NCBI RefSeq assembly: GCF_018350175.1
Contig: NC_058368.1
Coordinates: 130,698,001-130,762,000, forward strand
Origin: Felis catus
Lineage: Eukaryota
Direction: 5' to 3'
Length of the DNA stretch: 64,000 nt
The position numbers and the translations under genes were made by a program. A model generated the notes under the pieces. It searched no databases and had not been told where the DNA came from. It worked only from the letters and a program-made list of their open reading frames with translations. The stretch's first letter is position 1; each line of letters begins with the position of its first letter. Below, piece after piece: positions 26,014-39,230 of this stretch.

Positions 26014-26499
26014 CTATTTTGTAAATAGACAAACCAAAATGATCAAATTCAGGCAATGCAGTACAAATGACTGTTGATTAGGATTTTTAAAATTGTTGTT
26101 TGTTGGGCTGAGATGGGAATATATACGTTCTTTTGAGACAGTATATCATAAGACTGAAACAGATTCTAATGTATTTGCTTTTGAGATACTCATATTCTCT
26201 GTCCACTTTTGTTTTACAAAATGTTACTGAATGTTTTACTTTAATTTCTTTATCCATTAAGTAAAATTATAAATTTTTATCACCCAAGATAAAGAATAAA
26301 CACAAAAAAAAATCATTAATAATTTTAACAGATTCTTTTTTGTTTTCTCAAAAAGGCTCCACATCCAACATGAAGCTTGAATTCATGACCCTGAGATAGA
26401 GAATCACATTTTGTACCAATGGAGCCAGTCAGGTGCTCCCAAAACAATTTTTAAAAATATCAACATGTCATGTATTACTGATGTACAACATTCAAGTCT

Positions 26500-26599
26500 C
26501 TCAAAATTGACAGTTGAGGGTTTTTTTATTAAAATGCAAATGATTTAGAAATCAAAAAATGAGAAGACCACTCTAAAATGGGAAAAAGACATAAATAGG

Positions 26600-26650
<51 letters not shown>

Positions 26651-27420
26651 TACAGGAAAAACCAGAAAATATATGTAGACATGCTGAATATTTTTAGGAT
26701 CACGATAATTCAAATTTAAAGCTCAGTGAGACACTATTTCTTACTCAGTAGAATGATTAAAATAAAACTCAATAACACCAAATATTAGAGTAACAGCTAC
26801 AACAATGACACATTCTTGGTGGCAATGTAAAATGGTACAATCACTTTACAGAAATGTTTGTAGTTTCTTATGAGGTTAAACAGAGATCATCCAGAAATTC
26901 CAAACTTATGTAATAATCCAAAATAATGAAAACATACCTACACAGAGTTTCATAAAAATATTCTAACAGGTTTATGAATAATAAACTAAAAAAATGGTAA
27001 CAGTCCAAATGTCCATCAATAAGTGAACAAAAAGAAATTTTGTTATTTTCATACAAGGGCATGTTATCCAGAACAAAATATGGAATGCGGATACATTCAA
27101 GACTACAGCTGAATCTTACAAGAAATATTGAAGTGAGCAACAGGAGCTGGATTTAAGAGAATACTTTGAAATGCCATTTATATAAAGTTCTGTAACAGTT
27201 AAGATTGACCTGTGCTGTTGGAATATATAAAGGGGCTGTTTCTGGAAGGAGGATTGCGTGGAAAGTGCTAGGAGCAATTGTTCTGGGATGGTGGAAACGT
27301 CCTGTATCTTTGGGTGATGTTTCCATGGGTGTATGTGACTGTGAAAAATGAACACTCTACAGTAAAAAAAATGTGACTTTTATTGTATGTAAATTACACT
27401 ATCATATAAAAAAAATAAAT
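26500..27420 (+). mobile_element. Ancient L1M 3' region containing (CA)n at 26603-26648
   Basis: aatgtaaaatggtacaatcacttt, ccaaatgtccatcaata and tatgtaaattacac motifs. Confidence 0.75.
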
Positions 27421-27505
27421 GGGCTACTTTCAGCAATTCAGAGTTCTTCACCACTGGAAGTCTTCAAGAGAAAACCAAGAGACATACACTAAACAAGCGG
27501 GCTAC

Positions 27506-27657
27506 CTGCATTGCCTTGTAACTTTCAAGTACATTGGCTTTATTTAGATGGCTGGTTAAATACAGGGTCAAACCATGCCACCCCCAGAGATGCACTGAAT
27601 AGGAATAGGGTAAGACCCAGGTATCATCCCTCTTACTGGCAAATACCTCAGGAAATT
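27506..27657 (-). pseudogene. Pseudo-exon (152 nt, phase 1/0, open)
   Basis: tctgtctttttcAG ... CAG|GTAGCC; FPEVFASKRDDTWVLPYSYSVHLWGWHGLTLYLTSHLNKANVLESYKAMQ (inside ORF 27464..27751). Confidence 0.65.
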
Positions 27658-28239
27658 CTGAAAAAGACAGATGGATCAGCGACTCCCAGGCCCCGGAAGG
27701 GATAGTTGGGAATAACTTCCATTCACAATTTTTAATATCCCTAATTCTCACTTTTAAGAGGAAAATAATAATGAGAAGTGTGGATTGATGTATTCTATAG
27801 AAGGGCTCGTGTCAGTGTATTAGTGTGAAAATCTATTAAACAAGGGTATCTTGTTATTTTCAATCCAGGCAATTTAAAACTTCTTGTCTTCTCCATGCAT
27901 ATTTATTTAATATATTTGCCACAGTAATATAATCTTAACTCTCTTAAAAATGAAGGAGCAATGTCAGGTTTTTTAGGGAAAAAAAAGTGAGCAATCCTGT
28001 AGTTTCTCTGAAGGTACGCATTCTTAAGTTCATTTACAAATGAGCGGCTTCTACTAGACACATATCCATTTTAATATTCGTCAGGCTCTGTATTATTATT
28101 TCATGTTAGTTACTCAAATTTTGGTAGTATTCCCACGTAAGCACAAAGGCAAAAGAAATGATTGAGGTTAAAAATGATTTTTAGGGGTATTACCCTTGCT
28201 CCTTGTGGACCTGACTACTAACTGTTTTGTATACATAAT

Positions 28240-28900
28240 TCCAGAAATACAGAGGAAAGGGAGGTTAACTACCAGGCCGGGAACTTGAGCTGAGTCTTGA
28301 AGAAGTGTCAAATGATGTCATCTGGATAAAGGGGAAAGACATTCCCAGTATGGAAAGAACATGCAAAAAGGTGTAAGGGAAGGAAGGCATCAATACTGCA
28401 ATTACAGATTTGGTGTGTTGGAAGAAGGTATGTTTTGGGGAGTGAAGATGAAGGAACACTAAAGGCTTTTCAGCAGTAAAACAGTAGGATGAAATTTTGA
28501 TGTGTAATAAATCCCACTCTTGTGGCACTGTGAAGAATGGATTAGAAGGAACGTGGCAGAAATGAGACATGAGGCAGAGAGAGTTTATAGTTCAAGTGAC
28601 AAATGATAAGGAGCCAAGTAAAAGCATTCTCCTGGAGGTTGCATAGGAGGAAAAAAATTGCAAAGATTTTGAAGAGATTGAATATGAATAGTGAAGGATA
28701 TGAAGGAATCCAAAATCATGCCTGCAGACAGAATGAACAGCAAGGTTCTGAAAGGAAACACAACAGCTGGTTTGGTGGGCACAGATGGGGCAGAAAACAA
28801 AGAGGACTGGTTTTAAACATACTGCATTTGAGACCGTTTTACCATAGCCATTCAAGTCCAAAGAGCTGTAAGAAACTGAGAGAAGAATTTAGGAGGGAAG
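28240..28900 (-). mobile_element. L2 relic
   Basis: cttgagctgagtcttgaag...cattccca purine-rich pattern. Confidence 0.6.
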
Positions 28901-29069
28901 TCCCTACGATCAATATAATATCGTTTCTGGAAAAGGTTTTCTAATTTCCAAAGAATAACAAGTAAGCTGTGGTTTAATATAAGGAGAGGAGCAGCCTTGC
29001 CCAGGAAAGGAGGCGGAATTATTTTGCTACGTTTATGGTAATTACATTCCCTCTGAGTTGAATACTCAC

Positions 29070-29168
29070 ATTTAGAAAGCTAATAGGATTTCTACAAGGG
29101 TGAGACCTCAGCAAATGAAAATGCAGTTTGCGTTACTACATTAATCCCGATAAATCACAACCAACAGA
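29070..29168 (-). pseudogene. Candidate pseudo-exon (99 nt)
   Basis: Very strong acceptor tttcatttttgttttctctcAG and donor AAT|GTGAGT; stops in all frames, frame unresolved. Confidence 0.55.
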
Positions 29169-30643
29169 CTGAGAGAAAACAAAAATGAAAATAAAGAAGC
29201 TGAAGAACTTAAAGGTCACTTTTTTCAAAGGCCAGATAAAAGCAATCATGTTCAAGATCATGCATTAGTAGCGATTAAATGAAAAAAAAAAACAACAAAA
29301 AAACAAAAAGAAAACTCAGCAAGCAAGGTCTCAATATAAAGGATAGTCACCAGCTGTGATTCTCCCCCACACAAAATATATTCTTTGGTGACAGAGACTT
29401 GTGAAATAAAAATCAATGAAATAAGAATTCATGTATTTCTGCTATATGAAGTTTATGACTTGTATCTTGAAAATAGTATCTACATTCCCCCCCCAAAATC
29501 TTCTTTAAATAATCTCCACTGACTTTTCCTTCTATCCCATGTATTTCTTAATAAATATTCTTTTTTATCCCTATGAGAAAAAGCAGTGTTTCAAGGATAT
29601 TAAAATTAAACACTTCTCCTGTTTGATTCTTGGGAGAATCATATTTGAATCAAAGTTCTTTAGGGTACTGAGTTTAACAATTCATTTTCATGACCAAAGT
29701 GGTAAGACTGAAAAAAAAATTGGTGTGATAGGAATTTAATTTTGAATGAAATGCAGAGTAATACTGTCTTTTTAAAGCTTAGTATAAGCAAACTTCACAC
29801 TATACTATTTGGTTTAGTTTTTATCTTTCCCAAATCTGTTATTTCCAAAGAAACACTTGATGACAGAGCAATAGTTAAACCTTATGCAAAATGCACAGTC
29901 TACTATAAACACGAAGAAAAAATAATAGGCGGAAGTTACTGAAAAGTCACAGATCCTTGGCTTTGTGGCTTCAGTTTCAGAATGATCCATTGACTGCAAT
30001 TTCACTATTAATGTTTTTGGAACGTCATGATTAAAAAAAAAAAACAATTAAATAAGTATCACTTTTTTTTTTCCAAGTAAAAGATGGTAATGTTTAAACC
30101 TCAGTGTTTGGTAATGAGTTATTGTCTTCAGTTTAAGAGTACTTCAGTTAAAGAAACTGTTTTCTTTCCAATGATAATAATAAAATGTCATCTATTAAAG
30201 GAACCATGCTTTGCAAGTCACCGAAGGAGGAAAAAAATTGGATGAATGATAAGCCTTGGAGTTCAGAAGTTTGGAAAAACAAAACAAAACAAAAACTGCT
30301 GACAAACTTAACCACAGTGGTTCCAGTAATGCTGATAAAATATGTCATTAACACCTACTATAACTGCACAGTCAGGGACCTTACTAAATAATATAGGGCG
30401 ATGCAATCCTTAAGATTTGCAGTCATTTCAGAATTGCATCTGAAAATAAGCTTTAGAATTTTAAAATAGGACAAAAGGAGATATTGACAGTAAACCATTT
30501 TGTGAGAACTATTAATGCTGTATCATTAAAAAAACAGTAAAAACAATTTTGGGCCCCAGTCTCCTTTGATGTGCAGGTGTATTTGGTAACAGCATTATGT
30601 GATTGATTTTTACGTGTGTGAACAAGGATTCAGTGTTGCTCAC

Positions 30644-30687
30644 ATAGGAAATAATGGCACTTGAGCCTGCCTGCTAATTTTGGCTCT
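30644..30687 (-). pseudogene. Candidate pseudo-exon (44 nt)
   Basis: tcttctgctttcAG ... TAT|GTGAGC; two frames open. Confidence 0.45.
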
Positions 30688-31014
30688 CTGAAAGCAGAAG
30701 ATGGATACTAAGGATAGCAATGTGAAGAAATATTCTGCAGAAACCAACGTAAGGAGAGGAAAATCACTCCTTGTCTTAGCTAATCTATTTCCTAGCTTGC
30801 TAAATAACTGAGAATGTCTTGAGCCACCATTTTCTCTGGTGCTACAACACCACAATTTTCACTTCACCAAGGTGTAGGCAATTTGCTAGTAAGTGGGGAT
30901 TATAATGGCCATAGGCACTCTCAGGTTTTCCATGATCTTAAATTGGTGGAATATTCCTTTGGGGATAAAACACAGCCTATAGTTTTCAGCTTTCTGAACT
31001 TAAAGAGTTGACAG

Positions 31015-31460
31015 TTCTGTTTTAGTCAGAGTAATGCTCACGAGCTATTCTAAAATACAATCCCAACTCTTAGTGGCTCAGTACAATATAGGTTTATTTT
31101 TCACTCACACCGTAACCCAATGAACATTAGTGGCTCTCCTTGGTATACCCTAAGTGTAGCTGTTCTGTCATCCTGGGGAACTCTGATTCCAACCACAATA
31201 ATGAAAGGAAGGGATGGAGGGGGAGAGGGAGAGAGAGAAAGAGAGAGAGAGAGAAGAGAAAACACCTACATGAATGGTAGAACACGGGGTTTCGCAGGGC
31301 TGAAAGTGGCATATACAATTGTTCAGCATAATATCCATTGACTAGACTATCCAGAGCAGTCACATGGCCCTGGTCTAAATACAAGGGGGGCCAGTAAATA
31401 CAGCCTTCTTGTGTTTCAAGAAAAATGAAAATGACTTGCAAAACATATAGCATGGTTTCT
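31015..31460 (-). mobile_element. Old MaLR LTR (MLT1K/L-like)
   Basis: tcttagtggctca...ggtttatttttcactcac; cattgactaga...gtcacatggcc. Confidence 0.6.
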
Positions 31461-31515
31461 ATCACTTTTTTAAAAAGTAAAACTCAATATAAATCCCTTT
31501 AGCCTAAGTGTTTTT

Positions 31516-31702
31516 TTGGGACAGAGAGAGAGAGAGCATGAACGGGGGAGGGGCAGAGAGAGAGGGAGACACAGAATCAGAAACAGGCTCCAGGCTCTGA
31601 GCCATCAGCCCAGAGCCTGACGCGGGGCTCGAACTCACGGACCGCGAGATCGTGACCTGGCTGAAGTCGGACGCTTAACCTACTGAGTCACCCAGGCGCC
31701 CC
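31516..31702 (-). mobile_element. Young felid SINE lacking its AATAAA/poly-A tail
   Basis: 16-bp TSD tagcctaagtgttttt at 31500-31515 and 31703-31718. Confidence 0.95.
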
Positions 31703-32045
31703 TAGCCTAAGTGTTTTTAATGCTATAGGAGACATGTGAAGAATTTATACAGTTGGATATCAATGTAAATATTAAGTATGTGCTGAGAGTCTAAATTCTC
31801 ATCGCATAGACATCACTCTTCCAAATGAACCTAGCCAAAGCAAGGCAGAAATTAGTGCCACCAACCTGGTGATAGATGGAAAAGGTGGTAAGGTGTATCT
31901 GCAAAGAAGTGACATGAATATAGGTGATGTGAACTCTAAAAATTTATCTTCATATTTTCTTTCTCTAGTATATCATTTATCTTTGATTGTTAGACTGATT
32001 AAAACAGTTTCTTGGCGGGAAGAAACTGTCAGGTTGACAGCTTAC

Positions 32046-32381
32046 CATTTTTAGTATGTAGTGAACATGACCATTCTCCCTCATCATTTCCTTCGCTCTT
32101 TCATTTTCTGTTGTTCTTATTTTTATTTTTGTCCCCAAATGACTACTGTTTTATCTTTTCTAACTATTTTGTCTGATGCAATATGAACCCCCCAAAATGG
32201 TCCCATTAAATTTATTCACATAATCTGAGCTTATTTTATTTGATATTCTTTTCTAGCCCTTGGGCAACATATTGAATGGTGCTGACTGAAACCAACTCTT
32301 CAAAATCCCTTTACCATTGTATCAATGGGCATGAATAATTCACTAGTGATTTGGGAGAATGACTCCCCTTTGCCTCTTAAA
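32046..32381 (-). pseudogene. Candidate pseudo-exon (336 nt)
   Basis: ccttttattttacccAG ... ATG|GTAAGC; length is a multiple of 3; A-rich on the minus strand; multiple stops in every frame. Confidence 0.5.
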
Positions 32382-32749
32382 CTGGGTAAAATAAAAGGTC
32401 AGCAATCATTTGATACTCCAAAAAAAAAAAAAACCAGGTAACACAATGTTTGAAGATCATGAATTTTTTTTTCTCAAAGACTCAAATCACTAGCATCAGA
32501 AATTAAATCTTTTTCATATGAACTTGAATATTCCTGATAGCAGATGACGACCAAGATATGGGCCTCAAGTCAGAGACATCTCCATGCATTCTGAACAACA
32601 ATCTCCCTCAGATTATGAAATAAAAGGGAATTAGAATCTTCAACATATCAACCAAAGTTTGTCAAACCTATCACCTGCTATTTAAACCTAAATTAAAAAT
32701 CATAATGCTTGGGAAAGTAGTAAAACATTGAGGCACCAGAGATAGAATG

Positions 32750-34420
32750 CTGTTATCTGGTCCAGCATGTAAAGATCTTAGAAGTTGGTACTTCAGTACT
32801 CCCAACAAGAAAAATAAGCTGAACAAACTGAAAGCCAACAACTTGTCTTAGATCCATCAGAGAAATGAGGTCACAGGGCACATCACTACCCCCAGAATTA
32901 GACAAACATGCAGACAGAGAGAGAGAGAGAATAAGTCACTGGAGTGGAAGACTAGGAGCAGAAACCACCACAGGAGCCAATACCAGGGTAGGGAAACCTA
33001 AACTATAATTAAGTACTGGAGGCTTCGTGTGGATAAGCTTGAGAATTGAACTCCAGGGGGTAGTCTCCAGCCTTAGGGAAACCCCCACACTTTTGTGATT
33101 TTACCTCTAGGAGACTCACCATTTTCTCACATTGAAGATCAGGGGAAAATCTTTTGTAATTTTGGCAGGCAGAGGAAAAAAGAAGCCACTTGCCATACTC
33201 CTGGAGCATTCTGACCTTCTTACCGAAGCCTGCTCTCAAAAAACACATTTTATTAGAGCCTAAGATACTGGGGTTTTACTGGCACCTAACTCATCCAGGG
33301 GAAGGGAAATGGCCAACAGTAGCCCCTTTCTACTTTTGCATGTGGAGGGAAAGATGTAACCATAGCCAACTCTAGTCTTCCTGTCTCATCTGTGGAAGTA
33401 GGGAGATGTGGGAAGCATTTGGGAAAAGTCAAAGCTCTGGGTCACTGACTCACTTAAAAACTGATACCTTATCGTCAGATGATAGAATGTCTCAGTTTAG
33501 CTACTATAACAAAAATATCGCAGACTGAACAGCTTATAAACAACTGAAATTTATTTCTATAGTTGTAGAGACTAGGAAGCCCAAGATAAAGGTGTTGGCA
33601 GATTGGCTGTCTAATGAAGGTCCACTTCCTGGTTCACAGATGGCTGTCTTTTGTATTCTCACAGGGGTGAAGGAGTGAGAGAACTCTGTGGAATCCCTGT
33701 TATAAGAGCGCTAATATTCACAACGACTCCACCCTCAAGATCTAATCGCTTCCCAAAGACCTCACCTCCTACTAACATCATGTTGAGGATTATAATTTCA
33801 ACATATAAATTTGGGGGGACACAAACATTCAGTTCATAATGGGACTATAGAACACTTTCTCTTTTTTCTCCAATATTACCACATCAGTGGGGCTCCTGTA
33901 TAATAATAACGGGATGCTATTGAAAGAACCATTCATCTCAGACCTTATTTGAGAAGAAGTCTCTAAGGAAACTCAAAGGCAGCAGGGGAGACACACAGAC
34001 TCATACTTTCTAGTTCTGCTACTTTCCACATCAAAACTAGACTCGTACGTGGAAGAAATGTTAGATTATTTTTCTACAAAAAGCCCTAGTCAAATAAAAA
34101 GACAAAGATAGATGAAAAGTCAGGTGACAGAGAAAGATACAGCATGACAATGATAATAAAAAAAAGCTGGAGTAGGTGTATTAATTTGATACAAAGCAGA
34201 TTGCAGAGCCAGGAAATTATCAGGGATAAAGAGGGGCACTACTTCAAGATTAAAAAGGACAATCCTCCAATAAGTCATAATAATCATTAATGTGTATGTA
34301 CCTAACAACAAATTATCAAAATATGTACGCAAAAACTGATAAAGCTTCAGGGAGAAATAGATTAATCTACTATCATAGTTGGAAACTTCAATATTCCTTT
34401 ATCGGTAACTAACGTGACAA
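32750..34420 (+). mobile_element. L1M 5' region and ORF2 endonuclease remnant, interrupted by an MLT1A-like LTR (33488-33838, minus)
   Basis: agggataaagaggggcactac...aatgtgtatgtacctaac corresponds to the RDKEGHY...NVYxPN L1 endonuclease motifs; LTR ends ggggacacaaacattcag. Confidence 0.8.
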
Positions 34421-35189
34421 GTTGGTGTCATATCTAGAAACCGTAACCAACTCTTCCTGAAACGAAGGGAATTTTAAATCAAAACACTAAATAATAAGGT
34501 GTAACAGCAAAGTATTTTAATTGTGCTATAATCAGGTACTAATGGAAACTAAAAAGATAATGATGTCATGACATACTAAATTTTTCTCCCAACAAATATT
34601 TTTTGTTTGCTTCATTTTTATAATCTAGGCTTCTACCTTGGCTTAGAAATTAGAAAATACTTTAAGAGAAAGAAATGTGCAAAGAAATTGTGTAGTTTAC
34701 ATTTTTATGATGTTTTAAAATGTCCTTTCCCAACCATCTCTCCAGGTTCTGGAGGAGAAAGAAACTGGTATATGAGACATACAGCACTTAATAAATACAT
34801 CTTCTAGAAGTGATTCCAAATATTTTTATGAAATTACTGTATCATAGTTAACCTATAATCCAAAATATTTTAACCAATTTTCACATATTAATGTGAGTCT
34901 TGTCTACTTTATTGACATTATTGCTCTTTAGGAAATGCAATAAAAAATACTAAGCTCTTGTGAATCCAATACAGAAAAAGACAAGAGGCATGAGAAAAAG
35001 AAATGACAATGTAATGTGAATCTGCCTGAAGCGAAAAACTTTTAAGAGATAATAGAAAAATGTTCTGCAATGAAAAAGGATTTTTTTTAATTCCACTGAA
35101 AAGTCAGACTTAGAGAAATATAGAGACAACTTAGTTTTGAATCCTCCTTAATGCTTGCAGAAATAATACAGAGTGATATGAGAATGAAA

Positions 35190-37120
35190 AAATATAGTGT
35201 ATTTTGAACCAAACTAGGAGAGAAAACCTTCCAACTCTTAATGATGTGTAAAGACTACAAAAGCCACACAAACAGCCAGTTCACAAATTTTCTTGACCTC
35301 CATCATAGTGCTGAAGACTTAAGAGGATTCAGCTAGCCCAAAATAGGGGACAAGAGACTGCAGCTTGTGATAAGACATGATTACTGGCTTACTGGGTAAA
35401 GAAAGAGCCGGGCCAGTAAGAAGTGTTCGGCTAGGTGATTGGAAAATTAGTGGAAATTGAGTATTCTCTGGTGAGAGATAGTGAGTTCCTTGGGAAAGAA
35501 AACTAGGTCAAGTTCATATCCTGTTATAGGCTTTTTCTCTACCAACCTCATCTAGGATTCACAGAAAATTTGGTAGAGTACTAGAGAAGTCTCTCTTATG
35601 GTACAGAGCTGATGTACGGGAAGAGAAATCATATATTTTTTTTCTGGTCACAATGGAATGAAAATAAAATCAATATCAGCTACAGATATGAGAAATTGCT
35701 GAACATTTCAAAATTAAGCAACACATTTTTTAAAAACCCATTGGCTTAAAGGAAATTAAAACATTTTCAAATGAATAAGAAGCATTATAAAGCATATCAA
35801 AATGGGTGAGATATAGCAAAATATAGGCCTTAGCAGGAGATATATAGCATTAAATGTTGATGTTACAAAATATAAAAACTTCTCAAATGAATAATCTAAA
35901 TTTCCATCCCAAGAAAAACAGTAAACATCCTGTAAAAGCAGTAAAACAATAAAGTCAAGGCAAAAACTTGATCTTTGAAAAAATCGATTCAAATGATAAA
36001 CATTTAGATGAATGAAGAAAAAAAAATATATATATATACACATACACACACACACACACATACCTGGTACAGTAATTCAAGTAACCTGACATTGGAGACA
36101 CACAAATGGAACTGAACAGAAAGTTCATGAAGACTCATACAAACATGTCCAACTTATTTTTGGCAAAGAAGTACAAGCATACACATGCAAAAAATAAACC
36201 TTAACACACATCCTGCAACTAACATAAAATTTAACTCAAAATTGATCAGTGACCCAAATAAAAATGCAAAAGTATAAAATTTCTTGAAAACAAAAGTATG
36301 AGAAAATAGGCATGACTTTGGGTTCGGCGATGAGATGTTACATAAAATGTCAAGGGCAAAATTTGTGAAAGAAAAAAGTAATTTCAATTTTATTAAATTC
36401 AAAAACGTTGCTTTGCAAATGACCCTAGTAAGAGAAAGCAAAGAGAAATGCCAGGATGGGAGAAAATATTTGCAAATCACATATCTGATCAATAACATAT
36501 ACCCGGAAAATGCAAACTCTCAAACCTAGGAGTATGAAAATAAATACTCTAATTATAAGTGGCCAAAAAATCAGAACAGATCTCTCTCCAGAGAAGATAC
36601 ACAAATGGTAGAAAAGCACATGACAACACACTCAACATAATTTCTAATTAGGGGAAAGCAAATGAAAACAACAAGCTATCATTATAAGGACTGAAATGAA
36701 AAACTGGCGATATCAAGCACAGGTGAGGATGTGGAACAATAAAAGAAGTATTCACCGGTATTGTGAATATAAAAAGATAGAGGCGCTTCACAGACACATT
36801 GGCAGCTTCCTATAAAGTTAAAACCTAGACTTACCATCTGACCCAGCAAACATAATCCTAGATGTTGACTCAACTGGTGAAAATTTACGTCTGCCCAAAA
36901 ACATACATGCACAAGTGTATAGCAACTTTTTTCATAATTACCAAAAACTGAAAGCAACCCACATGACCTTCAACAGGTGAATGGATAAACTGTGGTACAT
37001 TCATACCATTGTGCTCCAAATGAAGGAGGTATGAATCCACACAACACCATGGGTGAATTTTAAATGCTTATTTCTAAGTGAAAAAAAAAAATCTGAGAAG
37101 GCTACAGTATTCAGTATGAT
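35190..37120 (+). mobile_element. Fragmented L1M (ORF2 3' half and 3' UTR)
   Basis: gggagaaaatatttgcaaatcacatatctgat; caacaggtgaatggataaactgtggtacat. Confidence 0.8.
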
Positions 37121-37149
37121 AGTATGGGAAATTAGTTGAAAATTAGTAC

Positions 37150-37850
37150 CTTTCGTTTTATTAGAAAATTTGATATTTGAAATCTGATATTTAAAATTTT
37201 GATATTGAAATCAAATTGATATTTTTGATGGTTTTAAAAGATATTTTTGCAGTAATTGTTTTTAATTTTTATCTTTTTATTTTTAGAGAGAGAGCGAGCG
37301 AGAGAGAGAGCACGCGTGAGTGGAGAAGAGGGGAACAGGGAGAGAGAATCCCAAGCAGGCTCCATGCTCATCATAGGGCCCAAAGCAGGACTCTGTCCCG
37401 CTACACTGGAATCGTGACCTGAGCCGAAATCAAAAGTTGGACGCTCAACCAACTGACCCACCCAGGTGGCCTTGCAGTAATGTTTTTTTAGACTCTCAAA
37501 CGAAGCGTCAGAGTTGAGGGAATTGCTTGATTTCACTGTGTGCTTTTATTTTGGACCTTTAGAAATAAAGATTGATTCCTGTATTTTTATAAAAGCACTT
37601 TGGGTTATGGAAATTTTCTTGATGCAACGCAGGTTAAACTGTGGAAGTTTCTATGACTTTGAAAACATGCAGAGTGAAGAGATGGTGATCTATTTCTCCA
37701 TTTTTTTAAATATTGACTTTTTCCTCTTTGGACTGATGCAATAAGTATTATATGGCTGGAATAAAGTAATCAGTTTGTGCACTGGCCTTTAAAGACTTAT
37801 ACATCAGCATGGACATTATTTAACTGGAATTCATAAAACGTTGGGAGGGT
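37150..37850 (-). pseudogene. Candidate large pseudo-exon interrupted by a SINE
   Basis: Long stop-poor frame (SPKRKKSIFKKMEK*ITISSL...SFESLKKHYCK) that continues across the SINE at 37264-37471; boundaries weak. Confidence 0.3.
37264..37471 (-). mobile_element. Carnivore SINE
   Basis: TSD ttgcagtaat at 37247-37256 and 37472-37481. Confidence 0.92.
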
Positions 37851-37967
37851 CTTACAATTTACAACAAAACACAGCATCATACCGTGAGGCTACACCTTTT
37901 CCTCTTTATTTTGACTTGCAAAAATAGAGATGGCAGAAATAATCCTAGACATTATAAATTTGCCATT

Positions 37968-38531
37968 CTTTTTAAAAAATTTTTTAATGTTTTTTAATTT
38001 TTATTTATTTATTTATTTTTTAATGTTTATTTATTTTTAAATTTTATTTTTTATTTTTTAAAATTTACATCCAAATTAGCATATAGTGCAACAATGATTT
38101 CAGGAGTAGATTGCCTAGTGCCCCTCACCCATTTAGCCCATGCCAAATGTTTATTTTTGAGAGAGAGAGACAATGCATGAACGGGGAAGGGGCAGAGAGA
38201 GAGAGGGAGACAAGAATCTGAAGCAGGCTCCAGGCTCCAAGGTGTCAGCACAGAGCTTGAGGTGGGGCTCGAACTCATGAACTGTGAGATCATGACCTGA
38301 GCCGAAGTCTGTGCCTTAGCTGACTGAGCCACCCAGGGCCCCGTGTTTATTTATTTTTGAGAGAGATAGAGAGAAAGAGTGCAAGAGAGGTAGGGGCAGA
38401 GGGAGAGAAGCAGGGTCCAGGCTCTGAGCAGTCAGCAGAGAGCTCGATGTGGGGCTCAAACTCACAAACTTTAAGATCATGATCTGAGCCAAATTCGGAC
38501 ACTGAACCTATTGAGCCACCCAAGGGCCCCC
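37968..38531 (-). mobile_element. Nested cluster: two SINEs plus a ~100-bp L1 3' end in a SINE tail
   Basis: SINE bodies at ~38147-38342 and ~38345-38531; L1-terminus-like piece at ~38040-38143 flanked by aatgtttattt. Confidence 0.85.
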
Positions 38532-38834
38532 TGATTCTTCCTTTATGAAAACAAACCTAGCTCTTCCACAGACCTCTCTCCTCAGGAAAGAGCTTGCTAC
38601 AGTCAAGTAATGGCCATTAATCCCCACCCACCACGGCTTTGCCCATTTCTTCCCTACATGATTTCACATACTTCTGTGCTTAAATTTATTATATTCATGT
38701 ACTCAAATTACTTATCGAGAATCCATTTGTGAGCACTGGGCAAGACATTGGAAATAAAACATTTAACTCAACAAACATGGTTCTTCCTAAGTGTGGTAAG
38801 TTTATGTCCTTCAAAAAGATATGTTAAGCATAGG

Positions 38835-39230
38835 TAGAGGATCAATAGATGAATCAATCAACAGACTACAGTATATAATACAATGGAATGTTATTTAGCT
38901 AAAAAAACCCAGTGAATTCAGACACATGCTACAACACGGATGAGACCTAAAGGCATTACGCTAAGTGAAATGAGCCAGTCGCAAGAGGGCAAATACTGTA
39001 TGATTCCTCCTCTATGAGCAACCTAGATTAGTCACATTTATAGACAAAAAGTTGAATGGTTGTTGTCAGGGACCGGGGAAAGAAAAGTTATTGTTTAGTG
39101 GGTACAGAGTTCAGTTATCCAAGATTAAAAAAAAAAAAGTTCTCAAGATGGATGGTGGCATGGCGTAGCACAGCTATGTGAATGTACCCAATGTCACTGC
39201 ACTACACATTTATAAATGGTTCCAATGATC
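38835..39230 (+). mobile_element. L1MB-like 3' UTR
   Basis: acaatggaatgttattt...aaatactgtatgattcc...gatggatggtgg. Confidence 0.8.
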
